Shown here piece after piece: positions 50,641 to 63,688 of a stretch of 64,000 nt of DNA; positions within the stretch are counted from its first letter, which is position 1, and each line of letters starts with the position of its first letter. The DNA comes from the human T2T-CHM13v2.0 reference genome, Homo sapiens, in assembly GCF_009914755.1 (NCBI RefSeq), contig NC_060939.1, one strand, 5' to 3'. The position numbers and the translations under genes are program-made. A model generated the notes under the pieces. That model did not search any database. It was not told the origin of the DNA and saw only the letters and a list, made by a program, of their open reading frames with translations.

Positions 50641-52804
50641 CATTGACTAGAGATGGGAGGGACATTGATGAGGCAACATAATTTCAGCAGACTACTTGGA
50701 AGAGGACTTATTTTCAAGTTTTGAGTCTACCGTTTCATAATGTAACCTGGCAACTTCACCAAACTGTACTTCAGTTTCTTCACTGAAAGATGAGGGATTG
50801 ACGAAATCTTTGGTAAGGTCCCTAATGAGAGTTTCTACACACGTTACCAATATATCTCAGTTATGTAAATTTTTCACAAGCATATTTTGGTTGGATGAAA
50901 GGACTGTTTAAAAAATGAGGGCTTTCAGGGAGGCAAAGGAAATGACTCATGGGCCATCGTGCAAGTTGGCAAAGACAGTGTAAACCAATTTTGAATCATG
51001 GATAAACAATTTTGAATCATTACAAATATAATGGATTTAATATTCCTCAAAGATCCACCCAGGAAAAGGAGGGTCTGGGAGGCAGTGGCAGAAATATGGA
51101 TCATACAGTAATGCCCTTCCCATACCTGGAAACAGATATGAGCTTAGACTTTACATGGCATAATTTATCAGTAATATCTGTTCACATTCACCATGCTCAA
51201 CAATACACTCATATTCAGATTCTTAAAATATATCCTTCTTGTTTCAGTCACCCCTTTGAATTTCATTTTTATATGGATAACTGGAATATCTCTAGGTTTG
51301 ATAACCTGTTCAGAAAATGCTGAAATCCTAGAAGATGCTATAAGAAGGCAGTCTTGGACAGCATGTAACTGAATTCAGTAGTAAAAGCTGATTGGCTCTT
51401 TCATAAATAAACACATATAAAATTACACCAATGAGATGGCAATATCCAGATAACTTTGTCATGCTTAGCCAATTGGCTATATCTTAGAATAGGAATCCTG
51501 GGCTTATAAATCAGCTTCTAGCTCAGTGAGATGATAGGAAAAAAGAAAATAAGCAGACCTCTGCATTGCTTTCTTCAGGTCTTGCCTTGGACACTGGGTA
51601 AAATGAGGAAGGGCCTCTACTTCCTTCAGAGCCTTTAACAAAGAGCCCCAGACAACCTAAAGGCTCTAACAAGGAGAGAGACTGGTCTTTAGGAATCCTA
51701 ATTTTCTCTGGCCCTGCCACCACCTTCAGATGCCCTGCCAACACACTGAGAGATGAGGACTTCCTGTTTCAGAGCAAAGTTCTTACTCCATTCCCTCCCC
51801 TTCTTCTGGGCATGTCTCTCCGCAGAGGACTGACTTCCATGACAGTCTGATGAAATGAGCTTGCCGGGGCACACAGCTTTTTGGTATGCATAAATGTGCT
51901 CATCATCATCTCTTTCCTATTCACAGCTCCTCAGGGGTTTCCTGGACAGCAAGAGATTTGCTACGGGTGGGGAAAGCAGGGATTTAGAGCAAAATGTTTC
52001 CTGGGCAGGCCAGTTCTGCTGTTAAAAACCCCCTCCATGGCCATCCGCCTCCCTTTCTCTATGCAGGGGAGTGTTTCTGTCACAGGGACAGAGGCTCTGG
52101 CTGCTCCAGCAATTACACCTTGCGCTGCCCATCTGCAGACATGGTGTTTAGCCCATTGATGAAGTTATAGGCAGTAGGAAACAAGTTGCATCTACTGAAA
52201 AAGTCAAAAGCCTCAAAACGTAAGTGATTCCCTCTTAGGGCCTTAGGTCATTGTACTCAGAGGCTGGCTCCTAATTAAATTATTCTGAGATTTTTCCTGG
52301 TCTATTTCAGGTAAAGGAATAAAGATGGGAAAGGAATAGCATTTGACTTAGTCTTTAATGATAGATGGAAAAAAAACGCAAATATTAAGAGATATTATAG
52401 TTGTAAAATAGACAATTAGCATCCACTTCCTTTCTTGATTTCAGACTTTGTCCACTATTCTCCACAAAGAACTCATTTTCCCAATAATGCATTTACAAAT
52501 GAGGGGTCCAAAAATTGTCTGTTTCCCTTCAAATGTGCACAGATGTTCTCATTTGAAAAATGATTTCAAAATCATTTTTTTCTTGATTCCTACTCTAACA
52601 GACCAAATAATAACAAAGCATTACCACCTTGTGTCTTCAGAATCTGCTAAACAACTTCTGGCACTACAAGGTAGTTCCCAGTGTCAAAAATTTATGCAGA
52701 GTCCCCAACTTACACGCAAGCTTGTGCTAAACTCCCTTTGGTAAGCTATTGTTTTAGTTTTTAGTTTTTAGAAATTGAAATAGTCTTTTGTAGAAACCGG
52801 GCTA

Positions 52805-53236
52805 TTTTTTAACACTTCATTTTGTAGCAATTTTAAACCTTAAAAAGGTATAAAAATATATATAGAGTCCCATGATACCCTTTGCCTAACTCACCCTCAT
52901 GTTAAGATTGTATATAACCATAGGATAATTTAGTTTCATGTCGCCTTAGTCTCCTCTCATCTGGAACTGTTCCTCATGACCATCATACTTCTGAGTACTG
53001 GCTAGTTATTTTTTAGAATATGCCAGTTTGGCGTTGTCTGTGTTGTCTCATGATTAAAATGCGTTTATGCATTTTTGCAAAGGATACCAAAGAAGCAATA
53101 TTCAGCCCATCTCAAAGCATCCCATCAAGAAGTACTTGATATCAATGTTTTAATATTGATGATGTTCACTTTGATCACTTGGTTAAAGCAGAGTCTTCCA
53201 TGTTGCTCCTCTGTAAAGTTACTATTTTTCCCTTTG
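52805..53236 (-). mobile_element. L1MC4-like 3' end
   Basis: GAGTACTGGCTAGTTATTTTTTAGAAT...GATGTTCACTTTGATCACTTGGTTAA...CTGTAAAGTTACTATTTTTCCCTTTG. Confidence 0.8.
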
Positions 53237-53751
53237 AAACCATGGTTTTTCAAAGCTAGAGTTTCAGGATGATACCTGAAGACCTGTGTAACCCATGATA
53301 GTAATCACTTTGTCCCTCTGGGCTTGAAGGGAGGGCAGGAAGTCAAATCATGTTGTTTCTCCTTTGGATCTACATTTACTAGAGGTGGTAAGCAGTATAA
53401 ATACTTTCTCCATCTTTGTCACTGTAGTCAAAGAGGAGTACAGAGACTCAAGGGACAATTGTTAGTCTCATGATGAAATGAGAATAATATGGGTTAGATT
53501 GTCCAAGGTTTGAATCATAGGTCTGCAGTGTTGGACAAGTCTTTAACCTTCTCTTTAACAAAATAGTGATAATAGTTTCTATCTTGCATGATTGATTTGA
53601 ATATTAGAGATTATAAATATAAGGTTTCCATGTAAGGCCAGACCAATAGTAGGTACTTAATTAAAAGTATTAGCCGTATCTTTTGGGAGATGGGATAGAT
53701 GTCTCTGTCCTGGTGTAACACAGGTCATATTCATGAACTCTTTGCTAGCCT

Positions 53752-54150
53752 AGTTCATTCATTTATTCAAAAAAACCCTATATTGAGTGCCCACCATATG
53801 CCAGGTGCTGGTTTTATAGTCCCAGCCCTCATGGAAAGTATACCTTCGTGGAAGAAAAGACAGTAAAAAAAAAAAAGGAAAATACATAAAATGTGAAATG
53901 CTTTATAAAAGAAAAATGGGAGAGGGAACATATTTAGATGGAGCCGTAGAAGAAAACTTCATTCAAGAGGCAACATTTACAATGAAACACAAAGGATGGC
54001 AAAAACTGCTCTATGCAAAGAGCAAGAGGAAAAGCATTTCTAGCAAGAATAGTGAAGACAAAGACCCTGACATGGGAAAAGAGCCCAGGATGTTTGAGAA
54101 AATGGAAGAGAGCCAGAGTGGCCAGAGCACAATGAATAATTTAAGAGCTA
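53752..54150 (-). mobile_element. L2 fragment
   Basis: TTCATTCATTTATTCAA...TATTGAGTGCCCACCATATGCCAGGTGCTG...GTCCCAGCCCTCATGGA. Accounts for ORF 53898..54161. Confidence 0.75.
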
Positions 54151-55015
54151 TGGGTGTTTAATAGCCAAAACTGTTTAGGAGGCTTATATGCATATTTGTT
54201 CCTTAGCTAGTGACATCTAGACTTCTGCCCAGTTTTAAACATTTCTGTAAGTCATTGGTGGTAGAAAGGTACTTTCCTCCCGACTCCAGCCCATACCTTA
54301 ATTCCGCTTGTAGTTAAAAGTGTTATTTATTCCACAGAGGTTTCCTTCCTCTACTGTGAACATATCAGAATATTAAATGTGCACCCACTTACTTTCTTTG
54401 CTTTCCTGCATCTCCCATACCAGCTCTGTTCTGCCGACCTGGTAACAATCTTGTTAAGGTCCACTTGCTGATTGTACAATTTGCTCTGCTTAAAAAATCC
54501 CTAAGCATGCTGCAAACATAGAATCCCTTCAGCCCAGAGTGAAGCTGTAAAAACAAGGTTGTCTGGTACCTTAAATATTGTCACGTTACATTAAAAACAT
54601 ATTATACCTGATTCTCCAATGCTCAAAGCAAAGCAGACTCATGTAAACCTGCTGGAGAATTCTTGGCTGGCTAAACTGGCTGAAGTTTTCTTGGGGTCTG
54701 TTTGCAGACATGGCTGGTGGTGTCTCCTGGATGGGCTTATCACAAATCACAACAGGTGCCAGTGACCTTCTCTTTTCTAGTTGTGTAGCGATGACCCTGG
54801 GGTCTCATTCTAGTATCTAGCAGCTCTGCTTCAAAAGCATCATATGAAAAGTTCAGAATCTGTAATGATAGGCTGAAAAGACAATGTTTACAAAAGACTG
54901 ACTTTCTATTAATATGATTAGGAAAGGCTCTGGTTTTAATGGGAAATCTTACAAAAAGGAGTAGAGAGTATCCCTCTCCCACCCTCAAATATTTTCAGCT
55001 TTAGAGCAGAATTAG

Positions 55016-55440
55016 TGTTATGAATTGAATTGTACCCCTATTCCTCCAAAACTTATAGGCTGTAGTTCTAACTCTCGGTACTTCAGAGTGTGACCTTATT
55101 TGGAGATAAGGTCCCTACAGAGGTAATCAAGTTAAAATGAGGTTGTTACAATGGTCCCTAATCCAGTATGACTGTTGTCCATATAAAAGAAGGAAATGTA
55201 TACACAGAGACACACACAGGGAAAGGCAATGTGAAGAGACATAGGGAGGAGACCACCATCTACAAGTCCAAGGGAGAGCCCTGGAACAGACTCTTCCCTC
55301 AAAGCTCTCAGAGGGAACCAAGCTTGCCAACACCGTGATTTTGGACTTCTGGCCCCTAGAACTGTGAGACAGTAAGCTTCTGTAGTTTAAACCACCCAGT
55401 CGGTGGCACTTTGTTACACCAGCCCTAGCAAACTAATATA
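55016..55440 (+). mobile_element. MLT1B/C MaLR solo LTR
   Basis: TGTTATGAATTGAATTGT...GTGACCTTATTTGGAGATAAGGTC...AGAACTGTGAGACA...CAGCCCTAGCAAACTAATATA. Confidence 0.9.
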
Positions 55441-55563
55441 ATTGTTTATAACCTTAGGTGGAAGGAACAATTAGATGGCTAAATATATGAAAGTGAAAGG
55501 GATCACCTATCACCCTCCATTCCCCTATCATACTATCACTGTGACAGTCCCCAAGCCCTAAGA

Positions 55564-56053
55564 CAGTGATTCTCAGTCCTGCCTGCATATTATTAGAATC
55601 ACCTGGAAAGTTTTGAAAAATTTCAAATGCTTGGGGACCCCAGATCAATTAAACTCAAATTTCTGTGGGCCAGATGCCATGGTTCACATTTGTAATCCCA
55701 ACACTTCGGGAGGGCAAGGAGGGAGAATTGCTTGAGGTCAGGAGTTAGAGACCAACCTGGGCAACATAGTGAGACCGCATCTCTACAAAAACATTAAAAA
55801 TTCAGCTGAGTATGGTGGCTCATTCATACCTGTTGTCCCAGCTACTTGGGAGGCTGAGTTAGGAGGATTGATCACTTGAGCCCAAGAGTTAGATATTCAG
55901 TGAGCCGTGATCGCACCACGACACTCCAGCCTGGCAACAGAGCAAGATCCTTACTCTGGAAAAAACAAAAAAATCTGAGAGCAGAGACAAGCACTTGATT
56001 TTTTCAGAGCTCTTCAAGAGATTCTAATGTGCAGATAGATTTGGAAACCCTTG
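55564..56053. mobile_element. MER5-family MITE, split by AluJ
   Basis: CAGTGATTCTCA...TTAGAATCACCTGG before the Alu; GATTCTAATGTGCAG...TTTGGAAACCCTTG after it. Confidence 0.75.
55668..55973 (+). mobile_element. AluJ
   Basis: Diverged dimeric Alu with J-type features (GGCAACATAGTGAGACC, TTGAGCCCAAGAG). Confidence 0.92.
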
Positions 56054-56066
56054 CATTAGTTTAAAG

Positions 56067-56254
56067 GAGTGGTCCTCAAAGAGTAGCTCCCAAACTAGTT
56101 GCATTAGAGTCAACTGGGAACTTGTTAGAAATGCAAAATCTTCGGCCCCACAAACAGAGCTATTGAAACAAACTCTTGGGGCAGAGTCTAAGAATCAATG
56201 TTTTAACAAGCCCTCAAAACAATGCTGAGAAATGCTCACATTTGAAAAACATTA
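56067..56254. mobile_element. MER5A
   Basis: AGTGGTCCTCAAAG...CTGGGAACTTGTTAGAAATGCAAA...TGTTTTAACAAGCCCTC...TTTGAAAAACATT. Confidence 0.8.
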
Positions 56255-56262
56255 ATCTAATG

Positions 56263-56440
56263 CAGCAATACTTTACATGTTAGAAGGTCAAGAGAATCTG
56301 AAAAATTATGGGACCTTCCCACACACATACACAAAGTATATGTGCAAAAAGTCTATATTTAATATAGAAATTCATTGGTCTACCTCAGTCAGGTACATGA
56401 CACCTCAATGTCTTTAAGCACCCCAATTTGAGAACTTAAG
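56263..56440. mobile_element. Possible third hAT-Charlie MITE (MER103-like)
   Basis: GAGAATCTGAAAAATTATGGGACCTTCCC...CACATACACAAA...ACCCCAATTTGAGAAC. Confidence 0.4.
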
Positions 56441-57510
56441 ACTCCTCGCCTTCACCTCCAACCCACCAAACCATACATTTAGAAAAAAAGCTTCTTTCTT
56501 ATTACAAAATAAACCTCCAAAGGAAAAGTCTTTCTTCCTGTGCCCCTCTTCAACTAATTCAGGGCCTGCTTGGGTGAAACATATGCCTCCTGCTTGTGGC
56601 CATCAATCTGCATGCTGAGGTTTACAGGCCTGTGGCTTAGCTGTGTATTCATTCACCTGATACAAATAGCAATATTTTTCCTAGGCTCACATGAATACAA
56701 ACAACCCAGCTGTGAAAAGATCAAGGCATGTGTCTGTTGTGACCAGTCAACTGCAAGTTATTTTTTGCAGCAGGGCACGGAAAGAATACGGCAGCTTTTC
56801 TCAAATCAGATCATTTTTCTATGATAGTGACAAAGATGAAAAGTCATGGCAGGGAAGGTTGGTAATTAAAATACATCTGTGTCCAATTAGAGTATGTGTT
56901 ACAATTATTGAGTTGGTAGTGATATATGCTGGTACCAAGGAGAGGATCCGAAGCCCTGAACACCATAGGCATGTGAGCAGGGCATTGCGTTAGGCAAAAA
57001 TTAAAGTCAATATGGATGGAGATTATTTATTTATTGAACAGCAACACTGTGCCTGGCATATGCCCCCAGGGCTTAAGACCTAAGTTACATAGACAGGCAG
57101 ATTGCCTAGCCACTAGGTGGTCCATGCTTGTTGGTGGGCCCACTTAATGAAGTTCCTCATCTGTGCCCAAATGTAAATCAAGATTCTGTGGACTCAAGCT
57201 GATTTATAATATTAATGCCAAAACTGAATTCTCGTTTTTCAAAGGCAGAAAAGAAAAAAGATAATGTGCCCCTGTTCACCTTTAAGAATCTTGCTAGAAT
57301 AGCCGTGCAAATTAATATTCTTTTCAGTGAAGCTCTGTATTGTTTCCTAATAGGTTATAGGGACAGTTTGAGCATCTTCCTTCCTTTGCAAGGTGCCAGT
57401 AATCATCTCAGCCAACACCAGCTGGAAGAGATTTGGTGCTCCTGGCTTAGCTTTGTTAATCTGAATTATGGAAGCCCTGATAACCTCTACATAGGAAAGA
57501 GGGAAATGTT

Positions 57511-57568
57511 ACACACACACACGCATAGACACACACACGAACACATGCACACACACACAACACACACA
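57511..57568. repeat. Imperfect (CA)n
   Basis: Interrupted CA run, seen directly. Confidence 0.85.
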
Positions 57569-58639
57569 AATTTATGGGCTAGGTCTTGTTAAATGAAGTT
57601 CTTAATTCATATTATCATCTGATGTCTGCCCTTTGACTATCAAAATTTCCAAAGAAATAGAAGCATAATATTTGTTATCTAACAAAATACAAAATGTATT
57701 TTAGTCCCCAAAACTAGTATAGGAAGGGAAAATGAAGAGTCACATGACTGAAAGTACAATTGGTGTGACATTTGAATGCCTGGATGTGACAGCAAGTTGA
57801 TTTATATTGGATTTTATATATTCTGGAGCATGTAATGAGTTATTGATTTGTGATAAACCAAGCTGACATTTTTGTAACCAGTAAAGCATCAGTATATCCA
57901 CTAAGCATGGGTTTCACTAATGTATTGTTATAACCTGGTCATTGGTAGTTTTAGTACACATTTAAAACATTTAAAACAGTTTTTGCAAGAAGGAACATAA
58001 ACATATTTACCGATGTGCATGTATGTTTATGCCGTTTAATTCTCTCCTTTATCTACTAGGAAATCTATTATTTCCTTAGCACAAACAAAGGTCTTCTCTT
58101 CACTCACCCTTAACGCGCTTCCTTGACCTAAGTTGATGATGGATTACCACGGTGATCTGAACTCCACTTTTCCAAGATTTTGTTAGGGACTGAAAAACTC
58201 GTTTTCAATTCAAAATTTCATTAGATGACTCAGTCTTCAAATCCACCCATTTATAGTATCTACTCCAAGTATAGTTGGACATTCAGCATTCTCTACCTCT
58301 CCCCACAAGCCAAAGTTGTCTCACATTGCAATTCTGTAAGTCTCCTGAGCAATGGGGTTTCTTGCTAAGTTCACGCAGAACAAGGGACATCCAGGAGTGT
58401 CTTTCAGTCTGAACAACACACTTTAGACATTGTCTTCAGGGACTGCAAGTCTCAGCAGTTATTTTTAGAAATAGGGGCTGTGGGGAAGGAGAGAGAGGGC
58501 CCCTCCATGGTGGTATCTCCACTTGGCAAAAGCCCCTAGTGACTTGTCTTGCTGCCAAAGATGAAAAGAAAGGATGCAGGGAGTGGTAAGGACCTGACAT
58601 CTGCTGTGCAGCTTCTTGGCAGCCAAGTACTGTGACAGG

Positions 58640-58785
58640 CCCTTCACCCAAATCCTGCCATGGGGACAGGGGCGTGGGGATTGTTACTTCAATTTTGTAG
58701 GTGAGAAACTGAGGCTCCAAGAATTCAGTCCTTTCCCCTAAATCACACAGGCAGTGACACAGCTGAGCATTTGGAATTCTGCATT
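58640..58785 (-). mobile_element. MIR fragment
   Basis: CAATTTTGTAGGTGAGAAACTGAGGCTC...AAATCACACAG. Confidence 0.65.
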
Positions 58786-61274
58786 AGGGACTGGCTGCAC
58801 AGTTCATAGATGTAGGTACAATACTGGTGATAGTAATATCTGTCTCATAGATTTGAAGTTATGTCTCATAGTTATGAAGATTAACATTTATAAATATCTA
58901 ACTGAATATTTGACACAATAAGGACTTAATACATGGGAACTGCTATTATTGTCATCATTCTTGCGGTTGTTGTCATCTTCATTATAATCATCATCATCTT
59001 TTAAGTCCTACCTAGGCCTCTACTGCAATGGGATCAGATGGTTGGCACTTCATAGGGGTCCAATAAATTTTTACGAAATTGTTGAATAAGGGAAAAAATG
59101 TATTTACTGCTCTTCTCAACTTCCTTCTTGGCACCAGATTTTAAAGAACTTAGTAGAACAAGTCAGCTGCATTTCCCTTCAGTAGGAAGGGCAAGGGCAA
59201 TGCACATCTGTCAACTTGCAGGAAACAAGGGAGCAGGATGGAGGGCCCTGAATGTCTCTCTTCACTGCCAGAACAGAGAACTGCAGGAAGGACATGTCTG
59301 TTCACAGGTGTTCATATCTTGATAGGAATTCTGGCGTTTAATAATTATCGTGCTCTCCCAAACAGCAAGCCCTGCCTTGATTTCCTCTCTGAACTCCCAC
59401 AAGAACTTCTCAGGACACTGGAAGTATCCACAATAATGGTTTGTTGCCCTAGTTTACCTCTTGCCTCATCTCCTCTCCCACTAAGAAAGGCTGTAGCAAT
59501 TTTGCCTATTGGTTGAATATTGACTAGTACTTATTGAATTCCAAGATTCATCCTATTTTTACTTCTAAATTCCAATTATTTTTAGGTAATAATTTAATAA
59601 ACTGGATTTGTTAGGAATCAAACTCCAAAACCCTTTTAGCCCATTGTTTGATATTTTTAATTGTCCTTTAATCTCTTTCAAAATCTCTCCTTCTGTATAG
59701 GGAAGGTCTGATGAATTTGAAATTAATTCTAATTAATCTAATTCCATCACTGATTAAAGCTTTCTGATGTTTCCATCTCAACCTGCGCCCCCACTTCCCC
59801 CCGCCTTAGGCGAAGGGCTTATAGCATCCTCAGCACGTACACCACCATCTCATGTCTGACACAGTTCTTTTGAAGATCAGTAACATTTGTTGGAAAATAC
59901 TGAGAGCCATGAAACTTAGATTCCATTCCAACCCAATGCTTCCCTAACTTGCTAAGGCCAAAAGATTGCCAACTGCTCTGGGTCGCAGTTTTCCCATTAG
60001 TAAAATAGAAGACTTGGCCATAGGTGATCTTTTAGAATCCATTCAATTTTTTTATTCTATCAGAAGTCACCTAATGTTTAACATATGCTTGTAGGATAAT
60101 TCACTTTTTCATTTCTCCTCAAAATGGTTATTTCCCATTATTAAAATATGAGTTTAGGGAGATCCCTTTGAGATTACATATTTTTTCATTATCCAAAAAT
60201 AACACTTAAATATTTCTCATGGTGAAGTGAGGAATGGTCAATAAACAATGAAATGCAAGCTGTTATAGATGTTCTGCCACTCTATGGAAGTAAGTAACCA
60301 ATAAAAGAGATGAGAAAAAAAGGGCCAGTATCAGCTTAGGTATTATTTAACAGACAAAATGATCAAATTTTCCAATGGCAAGAGCAAAATTTTATAAATG
60401 CTTTTTGCTGCTACTGCAAAACCTCTGGCAATAAAAATAAAACTCTCTTAAGACTTCTTCAAGGCATGGCTTCCAGGCTACTAAAATCTTCCTACCAGGG
60501 AAATCTTCTCAAGAGGGAAATGAAAAATGTGTTGATATAGGTGGGACCTAAAAATGTGAATCTAATAAATGAAGAAACATTTATAAACTTGATTATTCCC
60601 TTCCTGCCTAGAAATCACCTGTTACTTTTTCCCTTCTTCCATCTTTTCCTCTGATATAGCTAATTCACATATATAAAGTAGAAATACATGGCACACAGGT
60701 ATCTAGTCTGTCTTGCTAAACCCAGGGCAGGCATAACTAATTAATGATAATCCTCTTTTCCTATGAGTTCTGCTGCAGCCACAGCATCTTTGTCAATGCA
60801 ACATTCCATGCAGTCACTATCAGAGTTGCCACAATATACTATACTTACTACTTACTTGCCTCCCATGAACTAGAGACAAACTAGATCCCTAGACAGTATG
60901 ATTTTCCAGCCGCTGTCATAACCTACCACCACCATTCCAAGGCGTAGCTATAACATTCTCCATTGTATGATTCAATAAACTTAAATTTAAAATGGCTGTG
61001 AGAGCAGAGGCAGGCAAAGAGAAGTGACTGATTTTAAAAGAAGGAGAATATGAAAGAAGAATAATCCCTAAGTTGCTTTTTATATTAATTATCTATACTC
61101 TTTATTGAGCACCTACTCTATACCCAGTCTAGTAAGGACAAGAAGGGTGAGCCTATGCCAGCTTTTTAAAGGCCTTTATTTTACTTCTCCTTTTATTCAA
61201 CACTATTCAGTGGGAACCTATATTTTACCTCAAATTAACCTTCACACAATCATAGGATTTAGGTCAAAGAGCAA

Positions 61275-61500
61275 GACAACTAATTTATTACAAGCCTACT
61301 GTGTGCCAAGCACTGTGCAAAGTACTTTGCCCTTGCTATTTTGTCTTTTACAATCCTATGAAGATTGATATTATCCCTGTTTTATACATGAGGAAATTAA
61401 AACTCATCAAATTAAAGTGACTTTTCTGAGGTCAAACAGCTGTTAAGGAGTGAAGTTTGGCTTTACTTGTCTCTATGCAGTGCATTTTCACCACATCAAA
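61275..61500 (-). mobile_element. MIR
   Basis: GCCTACTGTGTGCCAAGCACTGTGCAAAGTACTTT...TATCCCTGTTTTATACATGAGGAAATTAA...GAGGTCAAACAGCT. Confidence 0.75.
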
Positions 61501-62295
61501 TCACCTCTGAAAAAGACCTTAGACATTTGTTGTTCTGTTTAATTAACAGATCGGCAAAGCAAATACTGAAAACATAAGCTACCAGCAACAGACAGAGGAT
61601 AGTGGCTGTCTCTCCATGTTGTGCCTAGGCATATACCTAAACTGCCCTCCTGCATTTCACATCAATTCCATTGCAAAGGAAGGGGAATATTTGTGGGAGA
61701 AAAGAAAACAAAAGAAAAGCAAGCAAATTCAAGACATTTCACTTTCCCCATGAAGACCAAGACAAGACAAGGATGTCACTTCTCGCTACTGCTTTTTGAC
61801 ACATACTGGAAATATTAGCTAATGCAATAAAAACAATAATATGAAATAAAACCGCCTTTGCAGATGACATGATCATTTATGCAGAAAATCTGAAAGAATT
61901 GATGAAAAAACACCTCCTAGAACTAATAAGCAATTATAACAAGGTTGCAGGATGCAAGGTTAATATGCAAAAGTCAATTGCCTTCCTATATATCAGCAAT
62001 AAGAAAGTGGAATTTGAAATTTAAAACACAGTACAATTTACATTAGCATCCCACAAAATGAAATACTTAGATATAAATATGTACAACATAGGTACAAGAT
62101 TTATTTGAGGAAAACTACACAACTTTATTGAAATAAATCAAAAAGGGAACTAAATAAATGAAAGGATATTCAATGTTCATGGATAGGAAGACAATATAGT
62201 TAAGATGTCAGTTCTTGCCAAATTGATCTATAGTTTCAATGCAATCCCAATCAAAATCCTACCAAGCTATTTTGTAAACATCAACAAACTGATTC

Positions 62296-62585
62296 TTGGG
62301 AGGCCAAGGTGGGAGGATCACTTGAGGCCAGGAGTTTGAGACCAGCCTAGGCAATGTAGGGAGACCTTGTCTCTACAAAATATTTTTTAAAAAACAAAAA
62401 TTTGCCACGCATGATGGCACACACCTGTAGTCCTAGTTACTCAGAAGGTTGAGGTGGGAGGACTGCTTGAGCCTAGAAGTTAAAGGTTACAGTGACCTAT
62501 GATGAAGCCACTGCACTCCAGCCTGGGTGACAAAGCAAGATCCTTTCTCTAGTGAATAAATAAATAATAAGTAAATAAATAATTT
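62296..62585 (+). mobile_element. AluJ, 5'-truncated
   Basis: Begins at TTGGGAGGCCAAGG, has J features and a (TAAA)n tail. Confidence 0.92.
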
Positions 62586-62656
62586 TTAAAAATTGATTTC
62601 AAAGTTTATATTGAAAGGCAAAAGACTCAGAATAGCCTATTGAAGGAGAAAGTATA

Positions 62657-62762
62657 GACTAGGTGCAGTGGCATGCACCTGTAGTCCTTGGTATTTGGGA
62701 GGCTGAGACAGGAGAATCGCTTGAGCCCAGGGGTTCGAGGCCAGCCTGGGCAACATAGCAAG
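62657..62762 (+). mobile_element. FLAM (free left Alu monomer, FLAM_A-like)
   Basis: Single short monomer GTGGCATGCACCTGTAGTCC...TTGAGCCCAGGGGTTCGAGGCCAGCCTGGGCAACATAGCAAG. Direct repeat AAAGTATAG at 62649-62657 and 62780-62788. Confidence 0.8.
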
Positions 62763-63300
62763 TTCATATATCATTTTTTAAAGTATAGTATTGGCAAAAG
62801 AACAGACAAATAGGTCAATGGAATGGAATGGAGAGCCCAGATATTTGACAAAGAAGCAAATGTAATACAATGGAGAAGAGACAGCTATTTCAACAAATTT
62901 TACTGTAACAACTGGATACCCACTTGGAAAAAAACATTAATCTAGACAGAGACCTTATACCTTTCACAAAAAGTCACAGACCTAAATGTAAAACTATAAA
63001 ATTTCTATTAGATAATATAGGAAAAATTCTAGATGACCTTGGGTTTGGCAGTGACATTTTAGATACAGCACCAAAGGCACAGTCTATGAAAGAAGGAAGT
63101 GGTAAGCTGGAATTCATTAAAATCAAAAATGTTTGCTCTGTGAACAGCACAGTCAAGGGAATGAAAAGATAAACCAAGGATTGGGAAAATATATTCCCAA
63201 ATGACATGTCTGATAAAGGACTGTTGTCCAAAATATATAAAGAACACTTAAAACTCAATAATAAGAAAACAAACAACCCAATTAAAAAATAGGCCAAATA

Positions 63301-63688
63301 TTTCATCTGTATGTGAAATCTAAAAATGTTGAACTCATAGAAGTAGAGAGTAGAATGGTGGTTACCAGGAGCTGAGGGGAGGGGGATTGGGGAGATGTTG
63401 GCCAAAGGATACAAAATTTCAGTTAGATAGGAGGAATACGTTCACTATATTTATTGTACAACATGGTGACTATAGTTAATAACAATGAATTCTATTCTTG
63501 CAAATTGCTAAAAAAGTGGATTTTAAGTTTTCTCACCACCAAAAAATGGTAATTACATGAGATAACCCATATATTAGTAAGCTCAATTTAACCATCTGCA
63601 ATGTATACAGACTTTAAAACATGTTGTACAGAATAAATATGCACAATTTGTATTCATCCACTTATAAATAAAGTTAAAATTAAAAAGA
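63301..63688 (+). mobile_element. L1MA-type 3' UTR
   Basis: GAACTCATAGAAGTAGAGAGTAGAATGGTGGTTACCAG...AAAGGATACAAAATTTCAGTTAGATAGGAGGAATA...GCTCAATTTAACCAT, with an A-rich end. Confidence 0.9.

Larger units (their letters stand above)
61735..63300 (+). mobile_element. L1 (L1MB/L1MC-type) ORF2 pseudo-fragment, interrupted by two Alu-family insertions
   Basis: RT catalytic motif FADDMIIY encoded at 61857-61880. ORF 62924..63172 is ORF2-like (FTKS...LDDLGFG...FIKIKN). The element carries stops and deletions. Confidence 0.9.

Noticed and set aside
62974-63414. 146-aa minus-strand ORF
   Set aside because: Antisense reading of an L1 fragment.
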